A stretch of 64,000 bases of DNA from Candidatus Parcubacteria bacterium (GCA_023132875.1 JAGLXN010000017.1:22142-86141), one strand, 5' to 3'. Shown: positions 19,460-29,795, counted from the first letter of the stretch. Translations and numbers: made by a program. Notes: a model not told the origin generated them from the sequence alone.

Positions 19460-19666
19460 TCATAAAAACATTTTCGCTCTTTTTTCTGCTTCTTTTGAAT
19501 TTAGTCTCAAATAAGAAAAAGCAGATATTGGATTGTTTTCGCTATGACCTAAAATAAATTGAATATCTTTAACTGTTCCGGATTTATCAAGAATATTATG
19601 AGCTTTTGCATGTCGGAATGAATGCGGGCTTATTTTTCTCTCAATCCCCGCTTCTCTGACAAATAT
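19460..19666 (-). pseudogene. tyrosine recombinase/integrase C-terminal remnant
   Basis: Manual translation: IFVREAGIERKISPHSFRHAKAHNILDKSGTVKDIQFILGHSENNPISAFSYLRL...; has HxxRH, LGH and Tyr; in-frame TAG upstream. Confidence 0.85.
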
Positions 19667-19740
19667 CTATATGAATAAACAATAATACCATTATATAGAT
19701 TTATTTATAATATATTTATCTAAAATAAAAAGTTGAGGTT

Positions 19741-20193
19741 TCATGTTTGAACCTCAACAGTTTTTTCTATCCCATATATTTTGGCAAGATCAAAGTACTC
19801 CCCATTAACCCAAAGCTTTACTGTCACATATATTATTTCGTCTCCAGGTATGTTAATAACATTTTCTAAATCACCATTATCATTTTTAGAAAACATTACT
19901 TCCATATGGACACTATTTTTATTAAGTATCTCCCCATAGGTTTTCCTAGTGCTAATTTCTGATATTTTAGCATGTATATTTTGGTTTTCAGAGAATTTAC
20001 CAGACACTTCTATAATAGAATACAACATTGTTCTATTGTCAGTTTTCTCAACTCTTATTGTAAGAGGAAGATCACTGAATTCCTCTTTGTATTTTATTGC
20101 ATCGTTGTTACTGTCTATCCATACCATTACCACGATTGCTAAAATTGCAATAATAGTCACTGCTCCAAGAATATTTTCTGTTTTCTTCTTAAT
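19741..20193 (-). CDS. orphan protein with N-terminal TM/signal anchor
   Basis: ORF 19741-20160 extends in frame to an ATT 7 nt after GGAGG; hairpin overlaps the stop. Confidence 0.55.
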   Translation of the reverse strand: MKKKTENILGAVTIIAILAIVVMVWIDSNNDAIKYKEEFSDLPLTIRVEKTDNRTMLYSIIEVSGKFSENQNIHAKISEISTRKTYGEILNKNSVHMEVMFSKNDNGDLENVINIPGDEIIYVTVKLWVNGEYFDLAKIYGIEKTVEVQT

Positions 20194-20317
20194 AAGAATC
20201 CCTCCAGCATTAAGATTGTTTCATATATACAATCAATAATATACCAATAACATATTAAATAAAAAACGTCAATCCTATTAAAGTTAATTTAATTTAATAA
20301 ATCCTCCTCTGTAATAG

Positions 20318-21175
20318 TTATTTTTCTACTTCTTTACCTAACATCGCTTGTATTCTATTTTGTTCAACCACATATTCTATGGCTTTTCTGTGAATTTTCT
20401 CTTCAGTTGATTCAGTAATTCCTGCAATTACTTTTTTCTTTCTATCAATATATTCCTCTATCATTTCAAATAATTCTTCTTTATCTTCGTTTTTTTCAGC
20501 TAATTCATTTACATTATTCACCAACTTATTAAAATTCCTTTTTTCTTTTTCCGTAATTGTAAAATATAATATACTTTCTAAATTATTAATACTCGTAATT
20601 GCCTCGCTTTTTTCTTCTGATAATTTTTCTTTTGCAAAAATACCTTCTCTTTTTGTGTTGAAATCTTCTTTGTTAATTTCTTTTTGTTTTGTTATATCTT
20701 TTATTTTTGCTTCTATTTCTTCTTGTATCATTATTAATATTTCTGGATCTTCAATTTTTTCTATTAAGTTCTTCATATTATTCTTTTCTTCGTTTATTTG
20801 CGCGTCCTTTAATATTTTTCTAATTAATTCTTCCTTTTCTTCTACTTTCTGTTCTGAAAAATCATCTGCCATTTCTTCTTTTTTATTATAAGATTCTTTG
20901 AGATCATAATAATTGGCAATATTTTTTCTTGAATTTTTCATTTCTTTTATATAATCTTCTGCCTTATCTATATTACCAGAAAGTTCAATTCTATTAATCA
21001 TTTTTTCTATATCATATTTTTTCAATATTTCAAAATATTCAGCTTCTTTAATTATATTCTCTTTTTCTGATTCTTCTATTATTTTATCAATATCTTTTTC
21101 AGACGAACCACTACCGCCTTCAATATCAAAAGGATCTTCTTTCGGCATTTCATATTTTGGCATTTCATCGTTCAT
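20318..21175 (-). CDS. hypothetical acidic coiled-coil protein
   Basis: E/K-rich 285-aa ORF. Confidence 0.7.
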   Translation of the reverse strand: MNDEMPKYEMPKEDPFDIEGGSGSSEKDIDKIIEESEKENIIKEAEYFEILKKYDIEKMINRIELSGNIDKAEDYIKEMKNSRKNIANYYDLKESYNKKEEMADDFSEQKVEEKEELIRKILKDAQINEEKNNMKNLIEKIEDPEILIMIQEEIEAKIKDITKQKEINKEDFNTKREGIFAKEKLSEEKSEAITSINNLESILYFTITEKEKRNFNKLVNNVNELAEKNEDKEELFEMIEEYIDRKKKVIAGITESTEEKIHRKAIEYVVEQNRIQAMLGKEVEK

Positions 21176-21197
21176 AATTTTTATATAAAAAATTAAT

Positions 21198-22181
21198 TTA
21201 TTTCAACTTAACATAATATTCAAAATAGGGATGTTTTTTAAAATATTCCAACTTTAATTTCCACTCCGGGTTTATGTCGCTCAATTTTTTTACTCTATCC
21301 CCTATCAATATCTTCGGATCTATAAATCTATTTTTCTTTTTCCACCTGTAATCATATTTATCTTTTTTAGGCACAACTCTTGTTTTGTGATAATCCAAGC
21401 TTTTCATTTTTTCTATAAGCTTATCTATGTCTTTATCTCTATTTTTTTCTATAATTTTTGTTATTTGCTCATCATTTTTTAAAAATAAGTCTTCTTTTTT
21501 TGCATATCCCCTATCAATAATTAACCCAATTATATCAGCAAGAATTTTGTGGTTCACGGTCCAAAAAACCGAAGACCAGACATTTTTATTTAAATTGTAA
21601 TAATGATTCGCGAAAAGATTTGCAAAAAAAGAATTATTAAAAACAAATTCCCTGTTTTTAATAACTAAAGAATCAGTAACTTTTCTTATAAGCTGAGGAT
21701 TCATTCCAAGCGGATCTCTCAGCATATAGTCAATTCTATCTGCCGCTATATCCGGAAGCTCTTTATCAAGCATAGTATGGCCGCAATTATTTACAATTTT
21801 TACAAGATCATATCTGCTCTTTTTTAAAACCCTGCCTATATTAGAGTCGGAAATTTTTTCAAGCAAAATACTGTCTGCGTATTCTTCATTTCCATCATCA
21901 GCAAAAACTATGTCCAAAACATGAGAAAAGGCTCCATGCGATATATCATGCAAGAGACCGGCCAGGCGCTCTTCTTCGTTTGCTCTAAACTTTTTCAACA
22001 GATAGTAAACTCCGACACTATGCTCAAATCTATTGAACTCTATTCCAAATAAAAAGGAATGCTTGAAAATTCCAAATTGAGAAATTTTCTTCATTCTCTG
22101 AAAATCTTTATCTAGAATAATTTCTTCGATCAACTTATCTTTAATTTCAATTTCTCCCCAAATTTTATCTTTTATAATCAT
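21198..22181 (-). CDS. HD-domain phosphohydrolase (dNTP triphosphohydrolase-like)
   Basis: RFEHSVG, LLHDISHGAFSH, ADRIDYMLRD. Confidence 0.85.
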   Translation of the reverse strand: MIIKDKIWGEIEIKDKLIEEIILDKDFQRMKKISQFGIFKHSFLFGIEFNRFEHSVGVYYLLKKFRANEEERLAGLLHDISHGAFSHVLDIVFADDGNEEYADSILLEKISDSNIGRVLKKSRYDLVKIVNNCGHTMLDKELPDIAADRIDYMLRDPLGMNPQLIRKVTDSLVIKNREFVFNNSFFANLFANHYYNLNKNVWSSVFWTVNHKILADIIGLIIDRGYAKKEDLFLKNDEQITKIIEKNRDKDIDKLIEKMKSLDYHKTRVVPKKDKYDYRWKKKNRFIDPKILIGDRVKKLSDINPEWKLKLEYFKKHPYFEYYVKLK

Positions 22182-22183
22182 TT

Positions 22184-23791
22184 TTAATATATCTTATCCC
22201 TTTCTTCTTTTATGTAATAAATCCACTCTTCAAAAACTTCCACAAAAGTTTTAAATGGAGCTTCAATTATGAAATCAAAAATAAAAACAAATACATTTAT
22301 ATTTGAAAGTTTTGTTGAAAGCCATTGTCCCATTCGCAAAATAGGAATCGAAAAAAGGTCCGTTGCGAATGTTATAATCCCCTCTTTCCTTTTAACAACT
22401 ACAAGCTCTCGCGCGTTCTGGCGTATTCTTATTCCAAAATAGCTCACAACGCTTAAAAAGAACAAGAACAGTCCGATGCTCATTATATTAAAATGCAATT
22501 GCTTGAGAAGAAAAATTATAATTCCAAAAGAAGCAAAAAACACTATGACATAAAAAAACTTAAATATTTTGTAAAAAAATGAGCTCCTATGTAAAATTCC
22601 TTTCATTATAAAAGGAGAGCTCGCGTATTTTCCATAGACCATTTCTTTAATTCCCTGCACTATAAGTTCCGTGTTTCTTTTACTCGGAACTTTAATGGTT
22701 ACAACAACTAAGAACATTAAAAGCGGCGGAAATATAATATTTATTCCAAGCGCGATATAATTTATATGGCCAATAATGTATTTATCAAATGGAAGTTCTA
22801 AAATAAACGCGAGGACCATCTTGGTTGTAAAAATATAAATTATACTTCTAATGGCGGCTCTCTTTAATTTTGTTTTTGCTTCCTTGTATTTTTTTACGCA
22901 AGATTCTTTTATCGCATCTTCAATATGAAGATGATGTGAAAATATCTTGTCTATATTATTTATATTTTTCCGGACCGCGTCTTCCATAATAGTAAAATAA
23001 GCAAGATTTTTCTTAACAAATTTTGAAAAATTCTCTCCCAATGGATCATTGATTTGTTTTTCTATATCTCCAATAAATACGTTTATATTCTTAGCCATAT
23101 TTATTATTAATTCTTCTGACGGAGCAAAAAACCATTCGGGGTGCTTTCTTTCAAATAATCTATATTCAATTAAAGACAAGTCGGACTTTATTAGATTGCG
23201 AAGCACCGCAATGTATATTTGAATTTTTCTATCTTCTTCGCTCATTAATTTTTCCGGAACTTTCAGTTTTTCATCAATTATTTTTTGAGCAAATTCAATT
23301 ATTGCGTTTTCTTTTTTATAAGGAGCTATTTTTTCTTCTATTTCACAAGCGGCAATTCCAATTATCCAATTGAATAAATATTCATTATCAATATTGTTTT
23401 CCTTTACGGCTTCTGGGATATTATTTATTAGTAAAGTATATTTTTCAATTATTTCTTTTATTTCTTCTATTCTTTTCTCTGGAATTTTTTCATTAGGCAG
23501 ATATCTTGCTCTTATCAATTCATTAATTAAAAACTTTGAAACATCAAGTTCATTTTTTTCCGTCATCAATCTTCTTTTTAGTATCCTTTCAATCGCGATT
23601 TTTCTAAGAAGATGCTCCTCTTGATAATCTACTGCATTTCTTAATTTCTCATACAAAAAAGCAACCTTACTTGAAACTTGATGAACTTTTACCTTTTCCT
23701 CGTCCGTCTCATTGTAAGTTTTTTCCAGATTTATAGCATCTTTATAATCTCTTATGAATTTTTCCGCTATTTCTGAGGCTTTTTTAGACAT
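22184..23791 (-). CDS. hypothetical membrane protein
   Basis: Helical cytoplasmic N-half, 4-5 C-terminal TM segments. Confidence 0.75.
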   Translation of the reverse strand: MSKKASEIAEKFIRDYKDAINLEKTYNETDEEKVKVHQVSSKVAFLYEKLRNAVDYQEEHLLRKIAIERILKRRLMTEKNELDVSKFLINELIRARYLPNEKIPEKRIEEIKEIIEKYTLLINNIPEAVKENNIDNEYLFNWIIGIAACEIEEKIAPYKKENAIIEFAQKIIDEKLKVPEKLMSEEDRKIQIYIAVLRNLIKSDLSLIEYRLFERKHPEWFFAPSEELIINMAKNINVFIGDIEKQINDPLGENFSKFVKKNLAYFTIMEDAVRKNINNIDKIFSHHLHIEDAIKESCVKKYKEAKTKLKRAAIRSIIYIFTTKMVLAFILELPFDKYIIGHINYIALGINIIFPPLLMFLVVVTIKVPSKRNTELIVQGIKEMVYGKYASSPFIMKGILHRSSFFYKIFKFFYVIVFFASFGIIIFLLKQLHFNIMSIGLFLFFLSVVSYFGIRIRQNARELVVVKRKEGIITFATDLFSIPILRMGQWLSTKLSNINVFVFIFDFIIEAPFKTFVEVFEEWIYYIKEERDKIY

Positions 23792-23955
23792 AAAATGAAT
23801 ATTATAGTATTATAGAGTTATATTAGCCTGTTGATTGTGTTCGGTCAATAGGGCTGAAATAAAAGATTTTGTGAAGAATTATATGCTAATTCTTCGAAAT
23901 AAAACAAGTTTGAGATTTATATGGACAGGAATGTTCTAATTGTTAAGATCATATT

Positions 23956-24477
23956 ATGGAAATAATTACATCAATTATTATATTTCTTGCGATGTTAATA
24001 TTAATCCCATTAATGGGATTATTTATGGGACTAATTGCTTTAACCACATTAAATTCATTCGCATGGCTGTATGTTGCTGTGTTGGGATCACTTTTTGCTA
24101 TTCAAATTAAAATTCCAAAAAATATTCGCAATATCACAATAATAGCTTTGTCATTAGGAATCATAATGATATGGATATCATTATTTACTTCATATCAAAG
24201 ATTACCAGATGCTAATAGTCTAAGCAAACCGATAGCAACAGGAGGATTCCCAATTACAGTATTTGAATATCCGCCAGGCGCGTTAGGTAATAATAACCCT
24301 CCGATTGATAGCTGGGGATTATTTTATCTAAATCTAGTCTTTTGGATAATTGTTGGAACTGGCATTGCCATACTATTGCGTAAACACTTGAATAAGCGAA
24401 TATCCTATATCTTTCTTACTATGAGTATTATAATATCAATATATGGACTTGGATATATACTTATAAAATTTGACTAA
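23956..24477 (+). CDS. hypothetical polytopic membrane protein
   Basis: About 5 TM segments, GGFP loop; opposite strand to neighbours. Confidence 0.65.
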   Translation: MEIITSIIIFLAMLILIPLMGLFMGLIALTTLNSFAWLYVAVLGSLFAIQIKIPKNIRNITIIALSLGIIMIWISLFTSYQRLPDANSLSKPIATGGFPITVFEYPPGALGNNNPPIDSWGLFYLNLVFWIIVGTGIAILLRKHLNKRISYIFLTMSIIISIYGLGYILIKFD

Positions 24478-24573
24478 TTTACTATGAAAATATTCTTTTG
24501 GAACTTACGACAGAAAGAAAAAATGAGCTTAAAAATATTAGGCGAGATTTCTAATCATTAAAAAACAATTATC

Positions 24574-24741
24574 ATGCTTAGAGCAGTATGGATATTATTA
24601 TTAATCGCACTTAACGGAGCGTTAGTTATAATAATTCCTATAGCTATAATTTATCGTATAATAAAAAAGTGTTGGCCGAATTGGAAAATACTAGCAATCA
24701 CAGGATCTATCGGCGGAATTATCGCCGTATTCTTTTTGTAA
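24574..24741 (+). CDS. possible small 2-TM protein (55 aa)
   Basis: Manual translation MLRAVWILLLIALNGALVIIIPIAII...GIIAVFFL*. Confidence 0.35.
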   Translation: MLRAVWILLLIALNGALVIIIPIAIIYRIIKKCWPNWKILAITGSIGGIIAVFFL

Positions 24742-24774
24742 TTGTTTTTTTAAAATAATTGACAAATTTTTGCG

Positions 24775-24879
24775 GGAACTGTTTTGTAAACAGTTCCAGA
24801 TGTTTCCAATAAAAGTAGGGACGGGTTTCAAACCCGTCCCTACGATAAAACAAAAGGGATAGATTGTAAATTCGCTCCC
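24775..24879. repeat. cluster of GTAG-type REP palindromes
   Basis: Perfect GTAGGGACGGGTTT-C-AAACCCGTCCCTAC (24815-24843), with degenerate hairpins on both sides. Confidence 0.85.
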
Positions 24880-24905
24880 ATGAAATAATTCTCTGAATTT
24901 TCTAA

Positions 24906-26153
24906 TTAGATCACTTCTGGTTTTATTTCAGCCATAATTCTTTCTGCAATTTCGTCAATCTTCAAATTTTCCTCTTGTTTAATAATATCTCTAAGCTTAG
25001 CTTTTGTTTCCGGATGTTTGGCAATTAAGAAACTGCAACAGTCCTGATATGGAAGAATTGATATTTCATAAGTTTTTATTTTTACAGCCAAATCAATAAT
25101 TTCCTGTTTATTCATCCCGATCAGCGGCGGGAATATTGGCAAGTTAGCGGAATTATAAATAACGCCAATGTTATCAAGCGTCTGCGAAGCGACCTGGCTT
25201 AAGCTATCACCAGTCACAAATCCTTTCGCTTTTTCTTTTTTGGCGATCATTTCCGCCAGTTCAAACATTATTCTCCTATAAATAATCATTCTGTTTTTTG
25301 CTGGAATTTTAGCAATAATTTCCTTTTGAAATTCTTCAAACGGAATTATATATAACTTTGATCTTCCCTGAAAACGGCTTAGTTTTTTAACTAAGCTTTT
25401 TATTTTATCATCGCCAGTATTATTGATAATCTTATTTTTAAAATGGACAAAAACAATTTTCGCTCCTCTCTTCATCATCATATAGCTTGCCACTGGACTG
25501 TCTATCCCACCAGAAAGCAAACTTACTAATTTCCCTGCCGTACCAACTGGCAGTCCGCCAATTCCCTTTATTTTTTCAAAATATATATAGCAATACTTAT
25601 GTCCTATATCTACGACTATTTCTATATCGGGATTATGAACATTAACTTTTAATTCTGTATTTTCCAAAACGGACTCCCCTACTCTAGCATTTATTTCCGG
25701 CGATTTAAATTCAAATTTTTTATCAGATCTTCTTGCTTCTATTTTAAAAGTTTTTATTTTGCCATTCTGATGGTTCGACAGGCTCACCATGACATTATCG
25801 TCATCCTGAGCTTGTCGAAGGATTGTCTTCTCATTCTCTTTTATATATAATCTCAAAAACTCAACTGTCTTTTTATTTATTTTTTCTAAATCTTTTTTTT
25901 CCGAAACCGCAAAATAGAAATTTGAAATCCCTGGAATATTTTCTAAGACCTCTTTTGTTTTTTCTAAATCAGTATTCTTATTTATTTCTATAATAATTTT
26001 CCCTCCGTCTTTATAAATTTTATCATATTTTATATTCTCTAAAAATTCTTTTATATTGCTAATCAACACACGCTCAAAAAAGGGACGATTTCCTCCCTTT
26101 AATGTAATCTCATCGTAATGGATTATTATGTGATTATATATATGAGTATACAT
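24906..26153 (-). CDS. thiI: tRNA 4-thiouridine synthase ThiI
   Basis: HYDEITLKGGNR, THUMP domain, LLSGGIDSPVA PP-loop, SQVASQT, DCC; no rhodanese domain. Confidence 0.93.
   Translation of the reverse strand: MYTHIYNHIIIHYDEITLKGGNRPFFERVLISNIKEFLENIKYDKIYKDGGKIIIEINKNTDLEKTKEVLENIPGISNFYFAVSEKKDLEKINKKTVEFLRLYIKENEKTILRQAQDDDNVMVSLSNHQNGKIKTFKIEARRSDKKFEFKSPEINARVGESVLENTELKVNVHNPDIEIVVDIGHKYCYIYFEKIKGIGGLPVGTAGKLVSLLSGGIDSPVASYMMMKRGAKIVFVHFKNKIINNTGDDKIKSLVKKLSRFQGRSKLYIIPFEEFQKEIIAKIPAKNRMIIYRRIMFELAEMIAKKEKAKGFVTGDSLSQVASQTLDNIGVIYNSANLPIFPPLIGMNKQEIIDLAVKIKTYEISILPYQDCCSFLIAKHPETKAKLRDIIKQEENLKIDEIAERIMAEIKPEVI
25770..25823. repeat. 54-nt inverted REP doublet in frame in thiI
   Basis: atggttcgacaggctcaccatgac-attatc-gtcatcctgagcttgtcgaaggat (ILRQAQDDDNVMVSLSNH). 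Confidence 0.85.
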
Positions 26154-26184
26154 AAGAATAATTATAATTATAGTTTCCAATGCT

Positions 26185-26222
26185 TATAGACACTTTCTTA
26201 CAATTGTGAGAAAGTGTCTATA
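26185..26222. repeat. near-perfect 38-bp palindrome
   Basis: TATAGACACTTTCTTACAATTGTGAGAAAGTGTCTATA. Confidence 0.75.
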
Positions 26223-26280
26223 CTTAATTAAAAATTTGCTTTTGAAAAATATTAAAAATTAGAAATTAGAAATTTATCCA

Positions 26281-27459
26281 TTATATCCCTGAAATCTCTC
26301 TCAATTTTTTTACTTTCTCAACCAAAACTTTTAAAACAAAATCAATATTTTCTTTCGTCGCATCTTTTCCTAGGGTAAATCTTATGCTTGAATGCGATAA
26401 TTCAGGAGAAATTCCCATTGCCATTAAGACATGGGAAGGTTCTAAAGAAGGAGATGAGCAGGCAGAACCGGTAGAAACCGCTATCCCTTCCTGATCAAGC
26501 ATTATAAGCAAGCTTTCACCTTCAATTCCCTTAAAACTTATATTGGCGTTATGCGGCAAACGAAATTCTTTTGAACCATTAAGCCTTGTGTCCGGGATAT
26601 TTTTTAAAATCTCAGCAATAAAATAATCACGGAGTTTTTTTATTTCTTCTATTTTTTTTCTGTTTTTAGAAACTAGAGAAATAGTTTTTCCAAGTCCGAC
26701 AATTCCCGGCACATTGTGAGTTCCAGCACGGAGATTATATTCCTGTTCTCCCCCCTGCTGAATAGATTTTATTTTAGTTCCTTGTCTAACATATAAAGCT
26801 CCAACTCCTTTTGGCCCGTAAATCTTATGTCCCGAGATAGAAAGCAGATCAACGCCTAAATTATCAACATTGCAGTCAAGATAATTTACCGCCTGCACCG
26901 CGTCAATGTGAAAATATATCTTTGGCAGTTTATTTTTTTCTCTTTCTGAATTTATTTTTTTTAACATCTCCCCCATCTCGGCAATCGGCTCTATAGTTCC
27001 GACTTCATTGTTCGCATACATAATTGAAATCAAAATCGTGTTTTCTTTAATCGCTTTTTTAAAATCTTTCACACTTACCAACCCATTTCCGTTCACTTTT
27101 AAATAAGTTACTTCACTCCCTTCTTTCTCTACTGCCTTGCAAGAATTTAAAACACAATGATGTTCAATAGAGGAAGTAATTATATGGGGATTTTTAATAT
27201 TGCTTGCTTTTATTATTCCTTTTATTGTCATATTATTGCTCTCTGTCGCACCGCTTGTAAAAATAATTTCACTTGAATTACAACCCAAAAAATCAGCAAC
27301 TTGCTTCCGCGCTTTATCAATTGCTTCCGCCGCCTCTTGACCAAATTGATGAATGCTTGATGGATTACCAAATTTTTGGCTAAAATAAGGCATCATTTCA
27401 TTTAAAACTTCTTCATCTGTCGGCGTAGTCGCCGCATAATCTAAATATATTTTTTTCAT
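26281..27459 (-). CDS. iscS: cysteine desulfurase (IscS/NifS)
   Basis: YLDYAATTP, SGHKIYGPKG, GSACSS. Confidence 0.93.
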   Translation of the reverse strand: MKKIYLDYAATTPTDEEVLNEMMPYFSQKFGNPSSIHQFGQEAAEAIDKARKQVADFLGCNSSEIIFTSGATESNNMTIKGIIKASNIKNPHIITSSIEHHCVLNSCKAVEKEGSEVTYLKVNGNGLVSVKDFKKAIKENTILISIMYANNEVGTIEPIAEMGEMLKKINSEREKNKLPKIYFHIDAVQAVNYLDCNVDNLGVDLLSISGHKIYGPKGVGALYVRQGTKIKSIQQGGEQEYNLRAGTHNVPGIVGLGKTISLVSKNRKKIEEIKKLRDYFIAEILKNIPDTRLNGSKEFRLPHNANISFKGIEGESLLIMLDQEGIAVSTGSACSSPSLEPSHVLMAMGISPELSHSSIRFTLGKDATKENIDFVLKVLVEKVKKLREISGI

Positions 27460-27487
27460 TGATAATTATTTTAAGAGGTAAAATTTT

Positions 27488-27515
27488 TGTCATTCTCGCG
27501 GATGCGGGAATCCAG
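27488..27515. repeat. GTCA/TGAC-tagged palindrome
   Basis: tgtcattctcgcggatgcgggaatccag; inverted copy of the murF element. Confidence 0.8.
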
Positions 27516-27549
27516 GAGAAAAATCGTATAGCTTAATTATTTTTTTATA

Positions 27550-27999
27550 TTAGTTATTTATTTTCTCCCATTTTCTAATTACTTCTAAAGAAGAATCTCT
27601 AAGACTTTTTATTTGAATAAAATTTATTTCCTCTTGAAAAGTTTTAATAATTTCTTGATTTCTTTTATTACTTTCAAAATATTCCAAAGAAACAGACTGT
27701 TTATCGCAAGCAAAAATAATTTTTCTAATTCCAGCCCAGTAAGCAACTGTTAAACACATTAAACACGGTTCCAAAGAACTATACAATACACAGCTCTCAA
27801 GAGAGTTTTTCAATTTACTAAACGCTTTGTCAATTGCTTTTAATTCAGCATGTTTATAGTCTGGATAGACAGTGCTTATTTCAGATGATATAATTTTCCC
27901 ATTTTTTACAATAATTGCTCCGACAGGAAAAAATCCTTTTAAAAAAGATTCTTCTGATTTTTTTATTGCTGATTTTAAGTATTTAATATTTTCTTTCAT
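27550..27999 (-). CDS. Zn-dependent nucleoside/tRNA deaminase (CDA fold)
   Basis: PVGA, HAE, EPCLMC. Confidence 0.85.
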   Translation of the reverse strand: MKENIKYLKSAIKKSEESFLKGFFPVGAIIVKNGKIISSEISTVYPDYKHAELKAIDKAFSKLKNSLESCVLYSSLEPCLMCLTVAYWAGIRKIIFACDKQSVSLEYFESNKRNQEIIKTFQEEINFIQIKSLRDSSLEVIRKWEKINN

Positions 28000-28011
28000 T
28001 TTAAATTATTC

Positions 28012-28494
28012 CTATATTTTTAAAACTCCCAAACTCAACCCCGTCACAATCACGCCGGCAATCATTACTCCTAAAGAAATAAGAGGAAAAGCTTTTTTAA
28101 ACGGAATACCGAAAACAAAAGCAGCGAGAGCACCGCTCCAGCCGCCTGTGATAGGAAGCGGAATGGCAACGAAAGTTATCAGCGCCAGCGCTCCCCATTT
28201 TTCAAATTTTCCGTTATGTTTTTTTCTTGTATGTTCAAAAAGATAAATGAAAAATTTATTGAAAAATTCACACTTGGACATTAAATATTTTGAAACCGGT
28301 TCAATGTATTTTAAAATAAAAATTACGGGAATAATATTTCCGATAACTGCTAAAAAATATGCTTCAATTGGATTTAAATGATAAATACCGATAGCTACGG
28401 GAATAGCACCTCTTAATTCTGAAATGGGAAGCATTGAGATTATAAATGTAGCTATTTCTGGAGGAAAGTTATTAAAAAAAACTGTTAAATCCAT
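28012..28494 (-). CDS. small multidrug-export family membrane protein
   Basis: SMLPISELRGAIP, FVAIPLPITGGWSG. Confidence 0.8.
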   Translation of the reverse strand: MDLTVFFNNFPPEIATFIISMLPISELRGAIPVAIGIYHLNPIEAYFLAVIGNIIPVIFILKYIEPVSKYLMSKCEFFNKFFIYLFEHTRKKHNGKFEKWGALALITFVAIPLPITGGWSGALAAFVFGIPFKKAFPLISLGVMIAGVIVTGLSLGVLKI

Positions 28495-28655
28495 AAATTA
28501 ATAGTAATTAATTGTAACTTATTGTAATTGATAGTAATTTGTTGTAGAAAAAACTACAATTAATTACTATTAATTACGTGAAGCGAGTTTCCATAAGTTT
28601 CTTTACGCAAACAAAATATTTTTTATTGTTTTAATTGTACTGCGCAAGTTATCAA

Positions 28656-29672
28656 TCATTCTCCCAATATCCCCGCCGCTCTTTCTGGAATTATGGAACA
28701 AACCTCTATTCCAGTACTAAGTTCAAGTCCAGCCCATATATTTGTCTTTGGAAATATTTCAAAATGCCAATGATAATGATCGTAAATCTGCCCATTGCAT
28801 GGCGCAGTATGTAAAAATAAATTATAAGCCGGATCATTCAAATTCTTTTTCAATTTTGACAAGCAAAATTTCATTGCTTCCGCCAGTTTTACTTTTTGTT
28901 CATCCGTAATCCTTTCAAAATACGATAAATGCCTCTTTGGATAAATTCTCATCTCAAAGGGAACTCTTGAAACAAAGGGGCAAACAGCCATAAATTCCTC
29001 ATTTTCAAAAAGCAATCTTTTGCCGCTTTCTTTTTCCCATTCAATCATCGCGCAATGCACGCATTCTTTGTGAGCATTAAAATAGCTCTCACTGCCGTTT
29101 ATACTCCTGAAGACATCAGGATCAATTATAGGCATAGCGACTATCTGGCTATGGGGGTGTTCTATTGAAGCTCCCGCGTCATGTCCATAATTTTTGAATA
29201 TGGAAATATACTTTATATGTCTTCTGTTCATTAAGGCTAAATATCTTTCCTGATAAGCGTCTAGAATTTCAGCAACTTGTATAATTTCCATATCAGGAAT
29301 ATCTTTTTTATGATCTTCGGTCACAAGAACTTCATGATATCCGACTCCATCAATCACTTCAAACGGTCCGTGATCTCTTTTGTTTATATCTTTATATTCG
29401 GACGAAAGAGCTGGAAACTTATTTGGAAAAACCTTTAAACTCCAATCTCCGTCCTCTTTCATATACACCAATACATCTTTTTCTTGACTGGTTATATTTT
29501 CTTTACAAAACGGACAGTTTTTTTTATTTTCAACATCTTCTTTCTTTTCCTCTTCCTTTTTAGAAAAATCAGGCCGTTTACTTCTTTTAGTTGAAAACAA
29601 AACCCAGGTTCCGCTTACAAGATCTTTTCTAAGCTGGAAAAAGATACTTTCCCTTTTATTTTTAGTAGTCAT
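28656..29672 (-). CDS. galT: galactose-1-phosphate uridylyltransferase
   Basis: LRKD, RSKRP, CPFC, NKFP, GASIEHPHSQ. Confidence 0.9.
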   Translation of the reverse strand: MTTKNKRESIFFQLRKDLVSGTWVLFSTKRSKRPDFSKKEEEKKEDVENKKNCPFCKENITSQEKDVLVYMKEDGDWSLKVFPNKFPALSSEYKDINKRDHGPFEVIDGVGYHEVLVTEDHKKDIPDMEIIQVAEILDAYQERYLALMNRRHIKYISIFKNYGHDAGASIEHPHSQIVAMPIIDPDVFRSINGSESYFNAHKECVHCAMIEWEKESGKRLLFENEEFMAVCPFVSRVPFEMRIYPKRHLSYFERITDEQKVKLAEAMKFCLSKLKKNLNDPAYNLFLHTAPCNGQIYDHYHWHFEIFPKTNIWAGLELSTGIEVCSIIPERAAGILGE

Positions 29673-29795
29673 ATTTTTTCTTAATAAATTTATTTTAAAA
29701 AAATTATCATTCCTTATGGTTTTATTCTATCACAATCAAGCTTAAAACAAAACATATAGATAATATTTTATTTAGGCAAAAATTTCTAAATAATT

